Source of the DNA: Leucoraja erinacea
Taxonomy: Eukaryota
Assembly: GCF_028641065.1 (NCBI RefSeq)
Contig: NC_073392.1
Coordinates: 23,684,001 to 23,748,000 of the forward strand
Reading direction: 5' to 3'
DNA: 64,000 bases
Positions 24,801 to 39,800 of this stretch are shown in pieces (the stretch's first letter is position 1; every line of letters starts with the position of its first letter). The notes under the pieces are model-generated. The model was not told the DNA's origin. It made no database searches and saw only the letters and a list, made by a program, of their open reading frames with translations. The translations under genes were made by a program, and so were the position numbers.

Positions 24801-27800
24801 TCACATACAGGCAGAGATTATTTCAAAATGGCATCATGTTCAGCATGGGCATTGTGGGCTGAAGGGCCTGTTCCTCGGATGTATTGTGCCATGTTATCTG
24901 AATTTAAGGAGCATTCCTCTCTTCACAAGTATGGACACTACCTTACCTCAGGTACTGCACCAGTTACACTGCTCTTGCACTCTGCTTTCTGTGAGACACA
25001 CTTGTGATTGGGTACACACCAGAAGCAGGTCCAACGAGTTTGTAAGCAACTTCTGCATCTGAAAAATCCAAAGAACACCAGTAATGACAATGCACAGAAA
25101 TAACAGACGCCTAACCCCAGTTGCATGCTCATTGGAAATGTAAAACAGACACATTTTACCTAGCAATCAAGTGGAATTAACTAGAACCAATGATGTCCTA
25201 AGTGTGGGAATGTCACAACATATTCTTACACAATCCCACTGCATTTGGTCCCTCCATCACAACACAACATGCTGATACAGATCCATCACTGCTGGCCATC
25301 CCCTGCCCGACAAACACACACATGCACTTTGACTCTAGGGATACAGCATGGAATACACCCTTCAGTCCACTGAGTCCGCACCAACCATCAATCAACCCAT
25401 GGACTAGCATTACCCTATGCCCATTGGGAACAATTTACAATTTTACCGAAGCCAATTAACATACAAACCTGTACCTCTTTGCAGTGTGGGAGGAAACCCG
25501 GAGCACCAGGAGTATCCCAGGACGACTAGGGATACTGTCTGTATGGAATTTGCACGTTCACCCTGTGACTACATTGGTTTTCTCCGGCTGCTCCAGTTGC
25601 CTCTCACATTCCAAAGATGCACAGATTTGTAGGTTAGTTGGCCTCTGTAAGTTGTCCCTAGTGTATGGGTGATCGCTGGTTGGCATGGACTCGGTGAGCT
25701 GAAGGACCCGTTTCCACGCTGTATTTCTAAACTAAGATGTGAATAAAGGGATGGTGTAGAGGGTGGGCTTCAGATTTCTGGATCTCTGAAATGTTTTTTG
25801 GGGAAGATGGCAACCTGCACAAGCTAGAATAACAGTGTTAACAGCATTGATGTACAGAGGGGTCTTGGGGTTCAAGTCCATATCTCACAGAAATAATTTG
25901 GTATCATATTCACACAGATATTGTGGGACGGAGGACCTTTTCCTGTGCTGTACTGTTCTGTGTTCTATCTATCCGTGGGGAGATTTGTTGGTGCTGCTGG
26001 AGAGTTGGCAAGGGAATGAGACACAGTCTGAAGAAGGGTTTCGGCCCAAAACGTTGCCTATTTCCTTCGCTCCATAGATGCTGCTGCACCCGCTGAGTTT
26101 CTCCAGCACTTTCGTCTACCTTCGATTTTCCAGCATCTGCAGTTCCTTCTTAAACAATGAGACACTGTGTCAGTGTAGGGGGTGGGGGCGCAGGCCTGGA
26201 GTCACAGTTAAATGTAGAAAGCCAAGTCAATCCTATAGGCGGAGCAGACGTGGATGTTTTAAAGCACACGGTAAGAATGTGAGCTGAAATGTTAATTCAA
26301 GGATTCTGACGAGCAAGGCAGATGAACTTAGAGGACTGATCAACACATGAGAATATTGATATTGTTGCTGTCACAGAGACATGGTTAAAAGAAGGACAGT
26401 ACCAGCACCAGATCATTCATTGGCGCACAAACTTCCGATGTGATGCGAGGGTTTATGATCGGAAATGCAACAGGGAAGGGGCATTGTCATATTCTGTAAA
26501 GAGTCCACGCAGTAAGAAGGGAGGATATCCTGGAAGGAAGGGCTTTTAATGGGGCTGTGTGGGTCATCGCTTTGGTGAGGACATACTACACACCACATAG
26601 CAGTCAGCAGGAAACAAAGCAACAGATATGTAGGCAAATTGTAGAGGTGTAAAACTAATAGAGATGAATTCATAAGAGTTTTCATTTTTCCCAATATTAA
26701 CTGGGTTCGCCTATTTGTGAAAAGCTGGGAGAGGGAGGAATTTTTAACGTATATCTAGGAGAGCTTCTTGAGCAAGAATTTAGATAGTCCTACTGAAGAA
26801 GGACGGTACTGGAGATAATCTTAGGAAATATACCTGGGCAACTATATGAAATGTCAGTGGGAAAACATCTCGGAGATGGTGGTAATATTACTGCAAAGTT
26901 CAAGATACATAGAACAGGGGATAAAGAACAGTACAACACAGGAACAAATCCTTCCGCCCACATTGTCTGTGCCGAACTTGATGCCAAGTTAAACTAATCT
27001 CCTCTGCCTGAACATAATTTATATCCCTTCGTTCCCTGCATATTCATGTCCAAGGTAGTTAGAGTTATGGGTGGTCCAGAAAATAAGATCCTGAATCAGA
27101 AGGAAAGGTCAATTTCAACATCATAAGAACTTGGAATAAGTAGATTGGGGTTTGACAAGTAGGAATCATTGAGAAATGAAATAATGGATGTTGCACATTG
27201 CTACAAGGATGGAAGACTTTCAGGGCTAGAGAAAGTGTGGGCGAGTACTTAAAATGAGGCTAGGAAAGCAGAGGTTGCACAAAATATCACAGACAGATAA
27301 GATGAGGTAAAATCCCACGGAATTTTATAATAGTAGAGAAGGTTAATTCACATTAGATCTACAGTGAGAGTAAATTGGATAAATATTGGCTTGGTCGTGG
27401 AAGATAATGGGTAGTAGAGGAAGGTATTTCTCTGACTGGCGGTGTTACCAACTGTGTTTGGCAAGCAGCAACGCTGAGAACCTCTGTTGTTTATGATGTA
27501 CACAAATAATTTGAATGAAAATGTAGGAGATCCGATCAGTAAATTTGCAGATGACACAGAAATAGCTGGAAATGGTGAGGCAGGTCACCAAAGGATGTAG
27601 CAGGGTACAAATCAGTTGGAAATTTAGCAGAGAAATAGCAGGTGCGATTTAATCTGGACAAGTGTGCGATGCTGCACTTTGGAAGGAGAGAAGTACACAG
27701 TAAGGGCAGGACCCTTGGAAGCATGGATGCACAGAGGATCGGGCTGAAAGTCCACAGCTCCCTAAAAGTGGCACAAGTAGATAGGGTGGTAAAAATGAGT

Positions 27801-30800
27801 AGACTGCCTGCCTTCATGGACAGGGCACTGGCAATAAAAATTGGTAAGCCATGGTGAGCTGTTTTTGGAGTATTATGTGCAGCTCTGATTGCCACATTAT
27901 TGGAACAATGTGGAGGCTTTGGCAAAGGTGCAAAGGCGATTTACCAGTGTTGTTTGGATCGAAGAGTGTTTAGCTATATGAGAGGCTGAACAAAGTTGGC
28001 TTGTTTTTTTCTGGAATATTGGAGGTAAGGGGCGACCTGATAGAAGTTTACAAAATTATGAGAGGCATAGTAGGGTAGAAGGTCTGTGACTTTTTCCCAG
28101 GATGGAAATACCAAATACTAGGGTTAATAACTATAACGTGGGAGGGTGGATGTGTAAAGGAAATTTACAATGGATATTTGTTTTTTACAGTGGATGGAAA
28201 GTGTTGCTACAGGAATGGGTAGAAAGAAGCAGATACAATAGCAATGTTTAGGAAGTGGTTAGACTAGACGAAATGGAGGGATGTGGACGATGTCCAGGCA
28301 GATGCGATTAATTTAATTTGGCATCACGGTCAGTGCAGACATCAGGAGTCGAAGGGCCCTTTCCTATGTTCTCTCTGGGGTCAGTGAATGGAGGATTTTC
28401 CTTTTCTTGGGTTTAATGATAAAGGATATTCAGTTTGCCCAGGGCCGTGCTTCTCTGTGAATCGATATAGAGACACAACATAAGCAAGAATGGTAACAAT
28501 GGGCGACTCACGCTGTCTTTGCATCAACCTTTCCTGTTCTCTCACAATCATAGAAGGTTACATTTCCAGACACGATCAATCGATTGTCCACCTCGATTGC
28601 CACTGTTACAATAACATGATCTAAATATTAAATAAACAGTATTAATCAAGGCCGTGCCAATCTTACACCAGAAGAACACAGAGCTAAAATACACAGTGCT
28701 TGGAGGAACTCAACGGGTCAAGCAGACGACATTTCGGGTTGGGATCCTTCTTCAGACTCAGAGGAGGAGGAGAACTTTGTCAACGTAGGCATACTTTGAG
28801 GAGACTTCAGAGTGGAGCACTAAAATGGAGGGTTTTCATCAAGATTCCTGCACTAACTCCTCTCCCATTCCCACACTGACCTTTCTGTCCTGGGCATTCT
28901 CAATTGTCAGTGAGGCCCAGCGCAAATTGGAGGAAAAGCAACTCATATTTCGCAGAGTGTTTAAGAAAAGGGTCTGAAGAAGGGTTTTGGCCCGAAACGT
29001 TGCCTATTTCCTTCGCTCCATAGATGCTGCGGCACCCGCTGAGTTTCTCCAGCACTTTTGTCTACCTTCATATTTCGCTGAGGTAGCTTCCCCCTTCCGT
29101 TCTCCGGCCAGTCTTATTGTCTTCAACTATATTTGTTGTTAACTTCTCCCAGCTAACAATTATCTATTATACACTTCAATTGATTTCCATTCTCTTTATC
29201 CTGTTTTTATACCTTACACTTCCTTATCAACGTATCTCCCTCTCCCCTGATATCAGTCTGAAGAAAGGTCCCGACCCAAAATGTCACCCATTCCTTCTCT
29301 CCAGAGATGCTGCCTGTCCCGCTGAGTTATTCCAGCATTTTGTGTCTATCTAAGATTCCTGCATCATCTATAGTTTTGTGAGAGCTGTAAGGTTAACAGA
29401 ATTTTACAGAGCTATAAGTTTAACCAAGGCAGTGGGAAATGTTACAGAATAATTATCAGGAATAGAACTTGCAGTGAATGGATTTAAGAAAGATTGGATG
29501 AATGAGTTAAAGGCAAAGCACCTCTTAATAGCAGCTGTGTTTTTGCTGAAAATTTAGATAAAGTAGCACAAGGGTTTGGAAAGAGAAATGTGGATGATGT
29601 CATATATATGGGTTTCCAAAGACATTTGATGAGAGTCACATATATCTGTCATCATATGTAAAGGATGTGGATTAATTGAGCTGTGGCAGCTTTTTGGGAA
29701 AGGTACAGTGAGGGCACAAGGGAGGGGGTGGTGAGAGAGGGGGTGGGAGTGAGAAAGTGGGTTGTTGGAGAGGGTCAGTTAAAGGTTATCTAAAATTGGA
29801 GGATTCAGTGTTCATACCATTGGGTTGTAATCACCCCAAGTGGAATATGAGATACTGTTCCTCCAGTTTGCGTGTGGCCTCACTCTGGCAATGGAGGAGG
29901 CCCAGATCAGAAATGTCGGAATGGGATATGGGAATGAAAGATAAAATGGTTAGCAATCAGGAGATCCAGTAGGCCATGGTGGACCAAGCGCAAATGTTCA
30001 ACAAAATAGTCTAAGCCTGGTCTATCAATCAGCAAGAAGTCAAGCTTCTACATAGAGTCTACATACCTTTATCGGACAAGAACGCTGGGTACTTGGCCTT
30101 CTGTAGGAAAGGACAGTGCACCATCTGTGACGGGCCTGAATTATTTTCAGAGATGGTAGCTGAAGTCTTCTCCACATTAACATAATGACAGCGAACATCC
30201 CTGCCCATTAACTGTGGGACATGTCCATTGATGATGATTTCAATGTTCTACAAAGAAAGGAAGACCGCTTTCAGCAACAGTGGGATAGACAGAGACAACT
30301 TGCATAAACTTCATATCTTTTGACATAGATAGATCACAACTGGAGACTTAGCACACAAAATTAAAATTGACCACAGACTGCAGTAAATGCTTGGTAAACG
30401 CAGATGTTTTTCAGGACTAAATTACAAAAGTGAGAAGATAAGAGGCAAACGCTTCAGGAGAGGATTCCATAGCTTTGGCATATTCAACAATCATGGACAG
30501 CAGAAATAAAAGATCTACATTTCTTGCACGGTTCTAGACCCAGAAGAGAACGCAGAGATAGAAAGGAAGACCATATACAGATCAGAAAGCTCTATGTTGC
30601 TGGAAGAGGGGCACTAGATTAGCAAGAAGATGGGACCCAATGCTGTAGTACGGCAGGTGGGAGGTTGTAAATCAATAAGGAAGTCAATGACTGCAAAAGA
30701 CAGAGTGCTGGTGTAACTCAAGTGGTCAAGCAGTACTTCTGGAAGGCATGGAGAGGTGAGGTTTTAGGTTGGGATCCTTCTTCAGACTAATTGTAGTAGT

Positions 30801-33800
30801 GCCGAGGAGGGTTTTTTTTTTTTAAACAGACAAGTGGACAAAGACCAGAGATGAAAATAAGATTAAGGCTATTAAGAGTGAAGGGGAGTAAATTGTGAAG
30901 CCAGAGTAAGGTATAAAAGTGGAAGGAGGCCAAGTGAAGGAAAAGGGGGGCAGTATTGTGAGAGAAAGGTGTGTGGGACCCAGAAAGGAAATATGGGGAG
31001 TGTGGATGGATAGTTACTAAATTTGGGTGCCATCTGTGTAGAGTTTGCATGTTTCTACATCCCAAAGACATGCAGGTTTGTTGGGTAATTGCCCAGGGCA
31101 AATTGCCCCTAATGTGGAGGGAGTGGATGAGAAAGTGGGATAACAGAGAAATAGTGCGAATAGATGCTGGGTGTGGAATCAGTGAGCCAAAGTGCCTGTT
31201 TCTATGCTGTATCTCTACACTCCTACTCTGGCAATGGAGGAAGCCAAAGACAGAAAGGTGAAATGGGAATGGGAAGTTGAGCTGAAAAGGTTTGCAACTG
31301 GGATACCCAGCAGGTCTTGGCGAACCAATGACAATGGTCACCTAATCTACGCTTGGTCTTACTGATGCAAAGGAGGCCACATGGGGAGCAGTAGATGTGG
31401 TTAGAAGAGATGCTTGTGAACCTTGTTGCAAGGGCTCTAGGATCCCTGGGTGGTTGCACGGAGGTGAAGGAACAGGTGTTACATCTCCTGTGGTTGCAGG
31501 GGAAAGTACCTGGGTTGGGTGGGAAGGGATGAGTGGACCAAGGATTTGCAGAAGAAGTGGTCACTTCAGAAAGCAGAGATTGGTGGGGATGGGAAGATGT
31601 GACTGGTGGTGGGCTCATGTTGAAGGTGTCGGAGAATGATGTGCTGGTTGCGGAGGCTGGTGGGGTCAAAGGTAGTGGCCGGGGGAACTCTATCCTTGTT
31701 CCATCCGGGGGAAGGAAAGCTAGAGCAGAACTGCGGGCCAGAGGAGGCACTAGGTGAGGGCTCCATCAACAACAGCATGAGGAAAACCTGCAGGAGGGAA
31801 ACCACGTTTACTAAAGAAAGAGGACAACTCAGATGTTCTAGAATGGAAAGCCTCATCTTAGGAGCAGATACAGCGATGGCAGTGAAATTCGGAGTATGGG
31901 ATATCATCCTTGCAAAATACAGGGTGGGAGGAGGTGTAGTCCAGATAACAATGGGAGTCAGTGGTTTATAATAGACGCCAGTCAATAGAAAATCTGAAGA
32001 AGGGTTTTGACCCGAAACAGATATGCTATCTGACCCGCAGAGTTATTTCAGCATTTTTTGTCTATCGTCAATCAATAGCTAACCCCAATGTTGGAGACAA
32101 AGAGATGGAGAAAGGGACGAGAGGTGCCGGAGATAGTCAAAGTGAATATGATGGCAGGGTGTTAGTTAGTGGTAAAGTTTATGAAATCAATGAGTTAGCT
32201 ATAGCCATTACACATTACTGGCTAAGGGCGAGACAGTACTGGCAGCTTAATGTTAAAGGGGAACAAGACAGCAGTGGTCTGTGATGGCATTACTAATGGT
32301 TTGTCCAGTGAGGCTGTGTGGGTGATCACCTTGTTGGGAGTGTACCCTAGGCCCCAAATAGTCAATAGGAATTAGAGGAAGAAATATGCCAGAAGATTGC
32401 AGCCAACTGTAAGACTAATACGAGTTGTAATAGTATGGAAATTTAGCTTTCCCAATATAGACTGACAGCCATGGTACAAAGGGTTTTACAGGGAGGAATG
32501 TGTCAAATGTGTTTAGGAAAGTTTCTTCAGGCAATATATAGAGCACCATAGAAGGGAGGTGGCAAACCTTGATCTAGGGGAATCAAGAACTAGAGGGCCT
32601 AGGTTTAAGGTAAGGGGAAAGATTTAAGAGGAACTTGAGAGGCAACTTTTTCACACTGAGATTGGTGGGTAACAAGTTGCCAGAAGAAGTTGTTTATTCA
32701 GGTACAATTTGGACAGGCACATGGATAGGAATGATTTGGAGGGATATGGGCCAAATGCAGGCAAATGGGACTAGCTTAGACAGGGCATCTTAGTCGGCGT
32801 GGACAACTTTGGCTGAAGAGCCTGTTTCCATGCTGTACGAATCTATAACTCAGATATAAATACAGCCTTGCAACTTCCAGACAAGAAAGACTGATAGACC
32901 TGAGATGAAAAGCAGCCTTTCAGTATAATAACAAAGATTCTGGTTATTATTAGCATCCTGACTACAGTCTATATTGTTTCTGCTGCAGTCAATGACAGCC
33001 TTAGTTCATTCAAACCATTCTTGAGTCATCGTTTACAATGTCTCACTCAATCCTGTTAGCAATATCCTTTGTGACCCTAGCCCCCTTGCACCGTTCACCA
33101 TATTCACTGCCTCTGGACAGTGTTGGTGCCCACAGGTTCTGATATAAATATATGTTTAAAATCCATTCAAAAATCAGAAAACACCAAGCATTCAGTCACT
33201 GTTATCAGGAGAGAAACCAAGAGATATACAGAACCTTTACGGCTGCAAGGTTATTGTCGATTTCTGACGGAGTAATGTTCATGGTTGGACATTTTGCTAT
33301 TCCAGAGTTGAGGTCGATCCAGAATGAGGGTTGAGTGGAATTAGCACAATCCTGCTGTAGAGTACAGCTGGGAAAGAAAAGTCATAGTGTGGGTTATGCA
33401 CAGGCAGCTCAAAGACTCTGTACAACATAATCATGCACATACGAGGCATGCACAGATTATTCCGAGGACGTTTTAGCAGAAACTGAGACCAAGCACACTG
33501 GGGTGACAGGTGAATATCATACACAGCTCAGATTGAGACATATACAGACCACAAAATGCTTGCAGCCCAGCAGTATGAACATTGGCTTCTCTAACTTCAA
33601 GTAGCCCTTGCTTTCCCTCTCTCTCCAACCCCTCTCTCTTCCCAGTTCTCCTACGTCTTACTGTTTCTGACTACATTTTATCTTTGTACCGCCCACTCCC
33701 ATGACAAGTCTGAAGAAGGGTCTCAACCCGAAATGTCACCCATTCCTTCTCTCCAGAGATGCTGCCTGTCCCGCTGAGTTATTCCAGCATTTTGTGTCTA

Positions 33801-36800
33801 CCCACAAAACTCGAAACATTGTTGACATAGGCAGGCTGCTCGAACATCTTACTCACAATGTACTTAATCTATGAACCAATGTTGTATAACGTTAGTACCT
33901 CCACCAATGTAAAGCACTTTGGCCAACGAGAGTTGTTTTTTAAATGTGCTATAGAAAAAAGTGATTTGACTTGACAAAGACTGAGACAAACACAAACCAT
34001 TCAAAAGCAATACACAGCATAGACTAAAACAGATACATGCTGCTCAAAAATTATGCACAGTACAAACTGAGAGAACCATAGTCGGCACCAACAAGACACA
34101 CAGCGTAGACTGAGCAATTCATGGTCTGCACTAACACTATACAAAGCACAAACTGAGACAGACACGGGCTGACCAACACTATACCAGGCAGGGACTGAAA
34201 CCATAAGAAACACACTCAAACACTATTCAAGGCACAGATTGAGACAAACATGGGCTGACCAACACTATACACAAAGACCATACACAACACACTCAAACAC
34301 TATTCAAGGATTACTAACTATATCTGTGACTGCACAACTTAGCATGAGATAAACACAGCTTCTAAATTATACTTCTTCATGAACTGTGGCATCCCCTCCA
34401 CCAATATGGACAGAGTCTGAATGGTATCTCATCTGTTTCACACACTTCTGCTCATATCACCTCTCAACCTGGTTAGAGGAAGAACGGAGGGTCCCTGGTC
34501 CTCACCTTCCACCTCAGCAACATCTACACTCAATGGATGATCTTTCACAATTTTGTTTCAGCTCCAATATGATTCCACCCTCGAACACATAAACATTGAA
34601 CATTCAGTGTATGCACAGCAGTGTGAGTGATACACGTTGGGCAACCATCCGATACATGTGTCAATCAGAGTGATATGTCACTAGTCATTTACTCTATAGA
34701 GAGCACAGTGTGTGATGTATAGCGTGAATGTGCTGTATATGTTAATCACAATCAGTATGTCTAGTGTAGTCACTCAGAATTACTGAAGCACTCAGCAGCA
34801 CTGAACCAGGCCTTTCAGCCCACCACGTTCATGTCAATTGCTTTACTCCTACAGTAATCCCTTTCATCCATACTAGGTCCATATCAGTCTATGACTTGCT
34901 AATTTAAGTGCCTGTTGAGATGCCTCTTAAATATAGTTATTGTATCTGGTTTCTCCACCTCCTCTGACAGTATGCTCGGTATGCGGCGCGGCTCTGGCCA
35001 GCAGCGGCCTCTAAAAACAAGTCCCGTTTTTTAAACTCATTCCTTCATCTTCAATCCATGCCCTCTTGTATGTTGGGGGGTGTGTGGGGGAAGAGGATTC
35101 AGGTGGGGGGGGGGGGGGGGGGGAACATTTTTGAATCTCTCCCTGCACTGGAGACCCTCACCTTTGCTCTAGGGGGTCTCAGGTGCCGTTGATCTCTCTC
35201 CAAAACTAAATTCCCGAGGAGCGGCCTCCAACGGGATAAGAAGCCGGGTACTCTAATTTGCAACTACCTTTTTGCCGTCGCGGAGCTTTACAAAGACGGT
35301 TGCGGGTGGAGCGGTGGAGGAGCGCAGCTGCTGCTGATGGTTGCGAAGGCTGCTAGGCAACGTTTCGGGAGTCGGATCCTTCTTCAACGAAAGGTCTCGA
35401 CGGCGAAACGGGAGCCCGCTATTTCCTTCGCAGGGAGATGCTTTTCCTCACTCCTGCAAGTTTCTTCCCCCAGCATTTTTTGTCTACCTTCGATTTTCCC
35501 GCATCTGCAGTTCCGTGGCTGGAAACACTACTCTTGCGCACACCGGGGGTCTGACCCACCAAGACCGACTCACCGACCTTTCGCCTTCACGGATGATTTT
35601 TGGCCCATTAATCGCCATCCAGCAGTTGGTTTTGACTGAATATTTGACATCGGGGGGGGGATCAGTCAGTGAGAGATAAGTTTATTTGGCCTTCCATCAC
35701 AGCATAAATATCTGAATGTAAAATGCCAATGTTTATCTGCAGCTTGGGGACTATTTGCATGGGCATGTATCTGCTAACTTCCTCGTTTGGACAGCTCCTG
35801 TGGTCCAAACACAATGACTGGGGATTTCTAGAAATGCTCTCTTATTTCAACATTCTCTATCCCACAGATCCCACTGCTGATTCTTTTTTCCTTTCCCTTA
35901 TTTATCTGTTTGTTTATACCACCTCAAGACAGATGAGCTGTAATTAACAAACCTTCCCTGCTCTCACCCGCTGTCATCCTGTCACAGACATTCCCTTTGC
36001 TCCCTCCACCCCTCCCCAGTTACTGCAACTGGTTTCTCAGTTCTGATCAGACGTCATTTTTCTGAAACATACTTTGTTGCTCCCTCTGCCACTGATGCTG
36101 CCTGGCCTGCCCTGTCCCTCCATCTGAAGTTCCTTCCTACACATGTCCCTCCAGCATTGTCTGTTTTTATTTAAGACTTCCAACATCTGCAGTGTTTCGC
36201 TTTTTGCAGATCCAGCCGTAATCTGATTGAGGTTTGGAACATGTTTAAAGAGAAGAATTATCATTATCTTAAATTCTTCCATACCGGCTCTCCAAGGTAC
36301 ACCATCCGCAGTAGGCATCATGTGCTCCTAAACACTCCTGGCAGGACTGGGACTGGTTGCAGGAAGCAACCCTCACCCGACTGATCTGTGAAAAGCAAAG
36401 CAAAGCTGAGGATTCAGTGGTGAAACGACCAGTGTGGAACCACCCAGTGAACTTAATCGACTGGGCATTAACCAATGTGACACTGCAAGAACACACATCA
36501 CTCAATGAGCAGCAGCAAAACTTGTGGGAGATCTAAGCAAATCATGTCACCAAAGACTTAATGAACAACGGAGCTCACAAGGAAACTAACGCCTTTAACA
36601 ACTGTGCACGGGGAAGGTAAGGGCTGGAGTTTGTGGTGGTCCACTTGGTGCTGGATTGTGTGGTCCTGTGTCAACATCAACCACAATGAGCAGAAGCAAA
36701 TCCCAGGACACGAGTGAGTGAGGGAAATGACAAGACATGCAGGGATAGACAGGGCTAACATTCAATATTAATAACATGGAATGGAATGAAGAATTACAAC

Positions 36801-39800
36801 AAATCAGTCCAGGTCTGGATTTAACCAAAGACAGGCATAAAATGCTGGAGTAACTCAGTGAGCCTGGCAGTTTCTTTGGAGAAAAGGAATAGGTGACTTT
36901 TTGGGATGAAACCTGAAGAAGGGTATTGACCAAAAACATCACCTGTTCCTTTTTTCTAGAGATGCTGTCAGATACGCAGAGTTACTCCAGCATTTTGTGT
37001 CTATCTTTGGTGTAAACCTGCATCTGCAGTTCCTTCCTACACATGTCTGGGTTTATTTTATTTTATTTTTTTAGTTTAGAGATAGAGCATGGAAATAGGC
37101 CCTTCGGCCCACTGTGTCCATGCTGACCAGCGATCACCTGTACACTAGTTCTATCCTAAACACTAGGGACAATTTTCAGTAGCCAATTAACCTACAATCA
37201 TAGGGAGAACACACAAACTCCGTACAGGCAGCACCTGTAGTCAGGATCGAAGCCAGTTCTCTGGCTGGCAACTCTACCACTACGCCACTGTATCCTGGAT
37301 ATTGGGGGAAGGTACTTAATTAGGACAAGGCAGATTACAATGTCATTAGGCAGAAGCTACGGAGGGTAGATTGGAAGCAGTTGTTATGGGATAAGTCCAC
37401 AGATGATATGTGGGAGGCGTTTAAAGTTGAGCTGATCAAAGTGTAGGATCAGCATGTTCCAGTAAGGAGGATGGATAAGAACAGCAAGGTAAGGGAACCG
37501 TGGATCACCAAGGAGATTGTAAACTTGGTGGAAGAAAAAGGAAGTTTGTCAGGTTTAAGAAGGTCATTTCGGATGGGGCTTATGAGGAATATAAAACTAT
37601 AAAGCGAGCAGGAAAGTACTCGTAGGCGATTAGAAGGGTCAAAAGGGGCCAAGAAATGTCATTGGCTAGTCAGATTAAAAAAAATCCTAAGGCTTTTTAT
37701 ACGTATGTTATAAATAACATACGTATAAAATCCATATCGAGGAGGACCTGACGTGGAGCGTGAACACCACTGCGCTGCTGAAAAAGGTCCAGCAGAGACT
37801 GCACTTCCTGAGGGTGCTCAGGAAGAATAACATCACTCAGAGACTGCTGCTGTCCTTTTATCGGTGCTCCATTGAGAGCATACTAACATACTGTGTATGC
37901 GTGTGGTACACCAGCTGCACAGCGGCTCAGAGGAAAGCGCTCCAGAGGGCCATTGACAATGCCCAGAGGATTGTCGGCTGCCCTCTCCTTACCTTGGAGG
38001 ACTTATACAGTTCCCACTGCACCAAAAAATCCCAGAATATCATAAAGGACATTTCCCACCCCGGACACTCCCTGTTTGAACTGTTGCCGTCAGGCAGACG
38101 GTACAGATCTACGAGGACAAGGACAAATAGACTAAAAAACAGTTTTTACCCCACTGCTATAAAAGCACTAAATGTAGCCGCCAAGGAACGCAGGGGCGAT
38201 ACAGACTAAGGGACTGTGGTAACTGTGGAATCGACAGAAGGATGGAGGGTTGGGTGTGTATGCGTGCTTTGTCCGTGATATTTATTTAGTTGTTTATCTT
38301 TAATATTTTACCTTGTATGTATCGTTAGCTTTTAGAAATGTTTGAATGCTGCACTGACTGGCTGACATTTTAAATTTCGTTGTACATGGTTCATGTTACA
38401 ATGACAATAAAGAAACTATTCTATTCTATTCTATTCTAAATAAGAGGATACCAGGGAGAAGGTAGGACTGCTCAAGGATAAATGAGGATGTAGGTGAGGT
38501 ACTAAAGGAATACTTTGCATCTGTATCCACTGAGGAAAAGGACTTGTGGAGAATACAAATATGTTCGGGCAGTTTGAGATCGAGAAGGAGGTGGTGCCAT
38601 GGCTCTTAAAGAGTGTTAAGGTGGATAAGTCCCCAGGGCCAGATGGGATCTATCCCAGGTGATGGTGCTGAAGTTTCTGCAATTGCCTGTTCAATGAATA
38701 ACGTGTAGTTTGTAAGGATAGATTAGGCCTGTGAGATGAGAACAGCTCTTACCCAGGACCAGAAGCGGGGAAAGCCCAATCATTTACTCAGGGCACAAAA
38801 CATAAGGTGCTGGAGGAACTTAGCGGATCAGGCAGCATTTATGGATCGAATGGATAGATGACGTTTCAGGTTGCGACCCTTCTTCACACTGATTGTAGTA
38901 GTGGAAAGGAAGCGGACAATAGGTGGGACAAAACCTGCCATTTTCTTTGGATACATGTAAGGGGGATTTGATTGGCAAATGGGTGACAAAGGTGAGAGAT
39001 GTAAAGGAAATAAAGAATGTCAGGGAAGGAGAGAGGATAAATGAAATGTTGAGGCAGAAGGAGGGATATAGGTGGAAGGCGATTGTGGGGAAGGGGGGCA
39101 GAATAGTTGGATAAAGGGGGCACACGAGAGCTGGGGGGCACAAGAAAGAGAGATGGTGAATAGAGGGGTGTTACTTAAAATTGGAGAATTCAATGTTCAT
39201 ACCATAGGCTTGTAAGTTACCCAAGTGGAATATGAGATGTTGTTTCACCAGTTTGCATGTAACCTCACTCTGACAACGGACGACAGAAAGGTCAGGATGG
39301 GAATGGGAAGGAGATTTAAAACAATTTCCTCACAGGCTGGCAAAGGACTGCTTGCTATTTAACAACATGTACAGAAGTGTATCCCATTGCATCAGCAACA
39401 TTGACCTGGCCAGTGAACACCAGCTAGCAAATAGTAACAGTGGCCGGCCTGTTTCTTTGCTAGTAATAAATGCCGGTATGGCCATCAATAACAACAATAT
39501 CTGCAGTTGAGGGTGTAGTGTATGTTATGGTTCCGTCCTCTTTTAGCAACGTTCCAATAATTTAAACACTGAAGTCAGATTACCATGGCAAAGATAGGCT
39601 TTGAAAGTTCACAGACCTGGTGCATGGTCATCACGTAGAGATAGTTCTGGTCCTCCGGGTCAAAATGCATGATGTGATGGACAGCCTCATCCGATGCCAC
39701 GAGAAGAACCTCTCTCTTCAAAATCTGGTTATTCTGCAAGTTCAGCTGGAAGAGTAGGGCCAGATCATCAGACAGGTGCTGAACCTCCAACCACTGCCAC

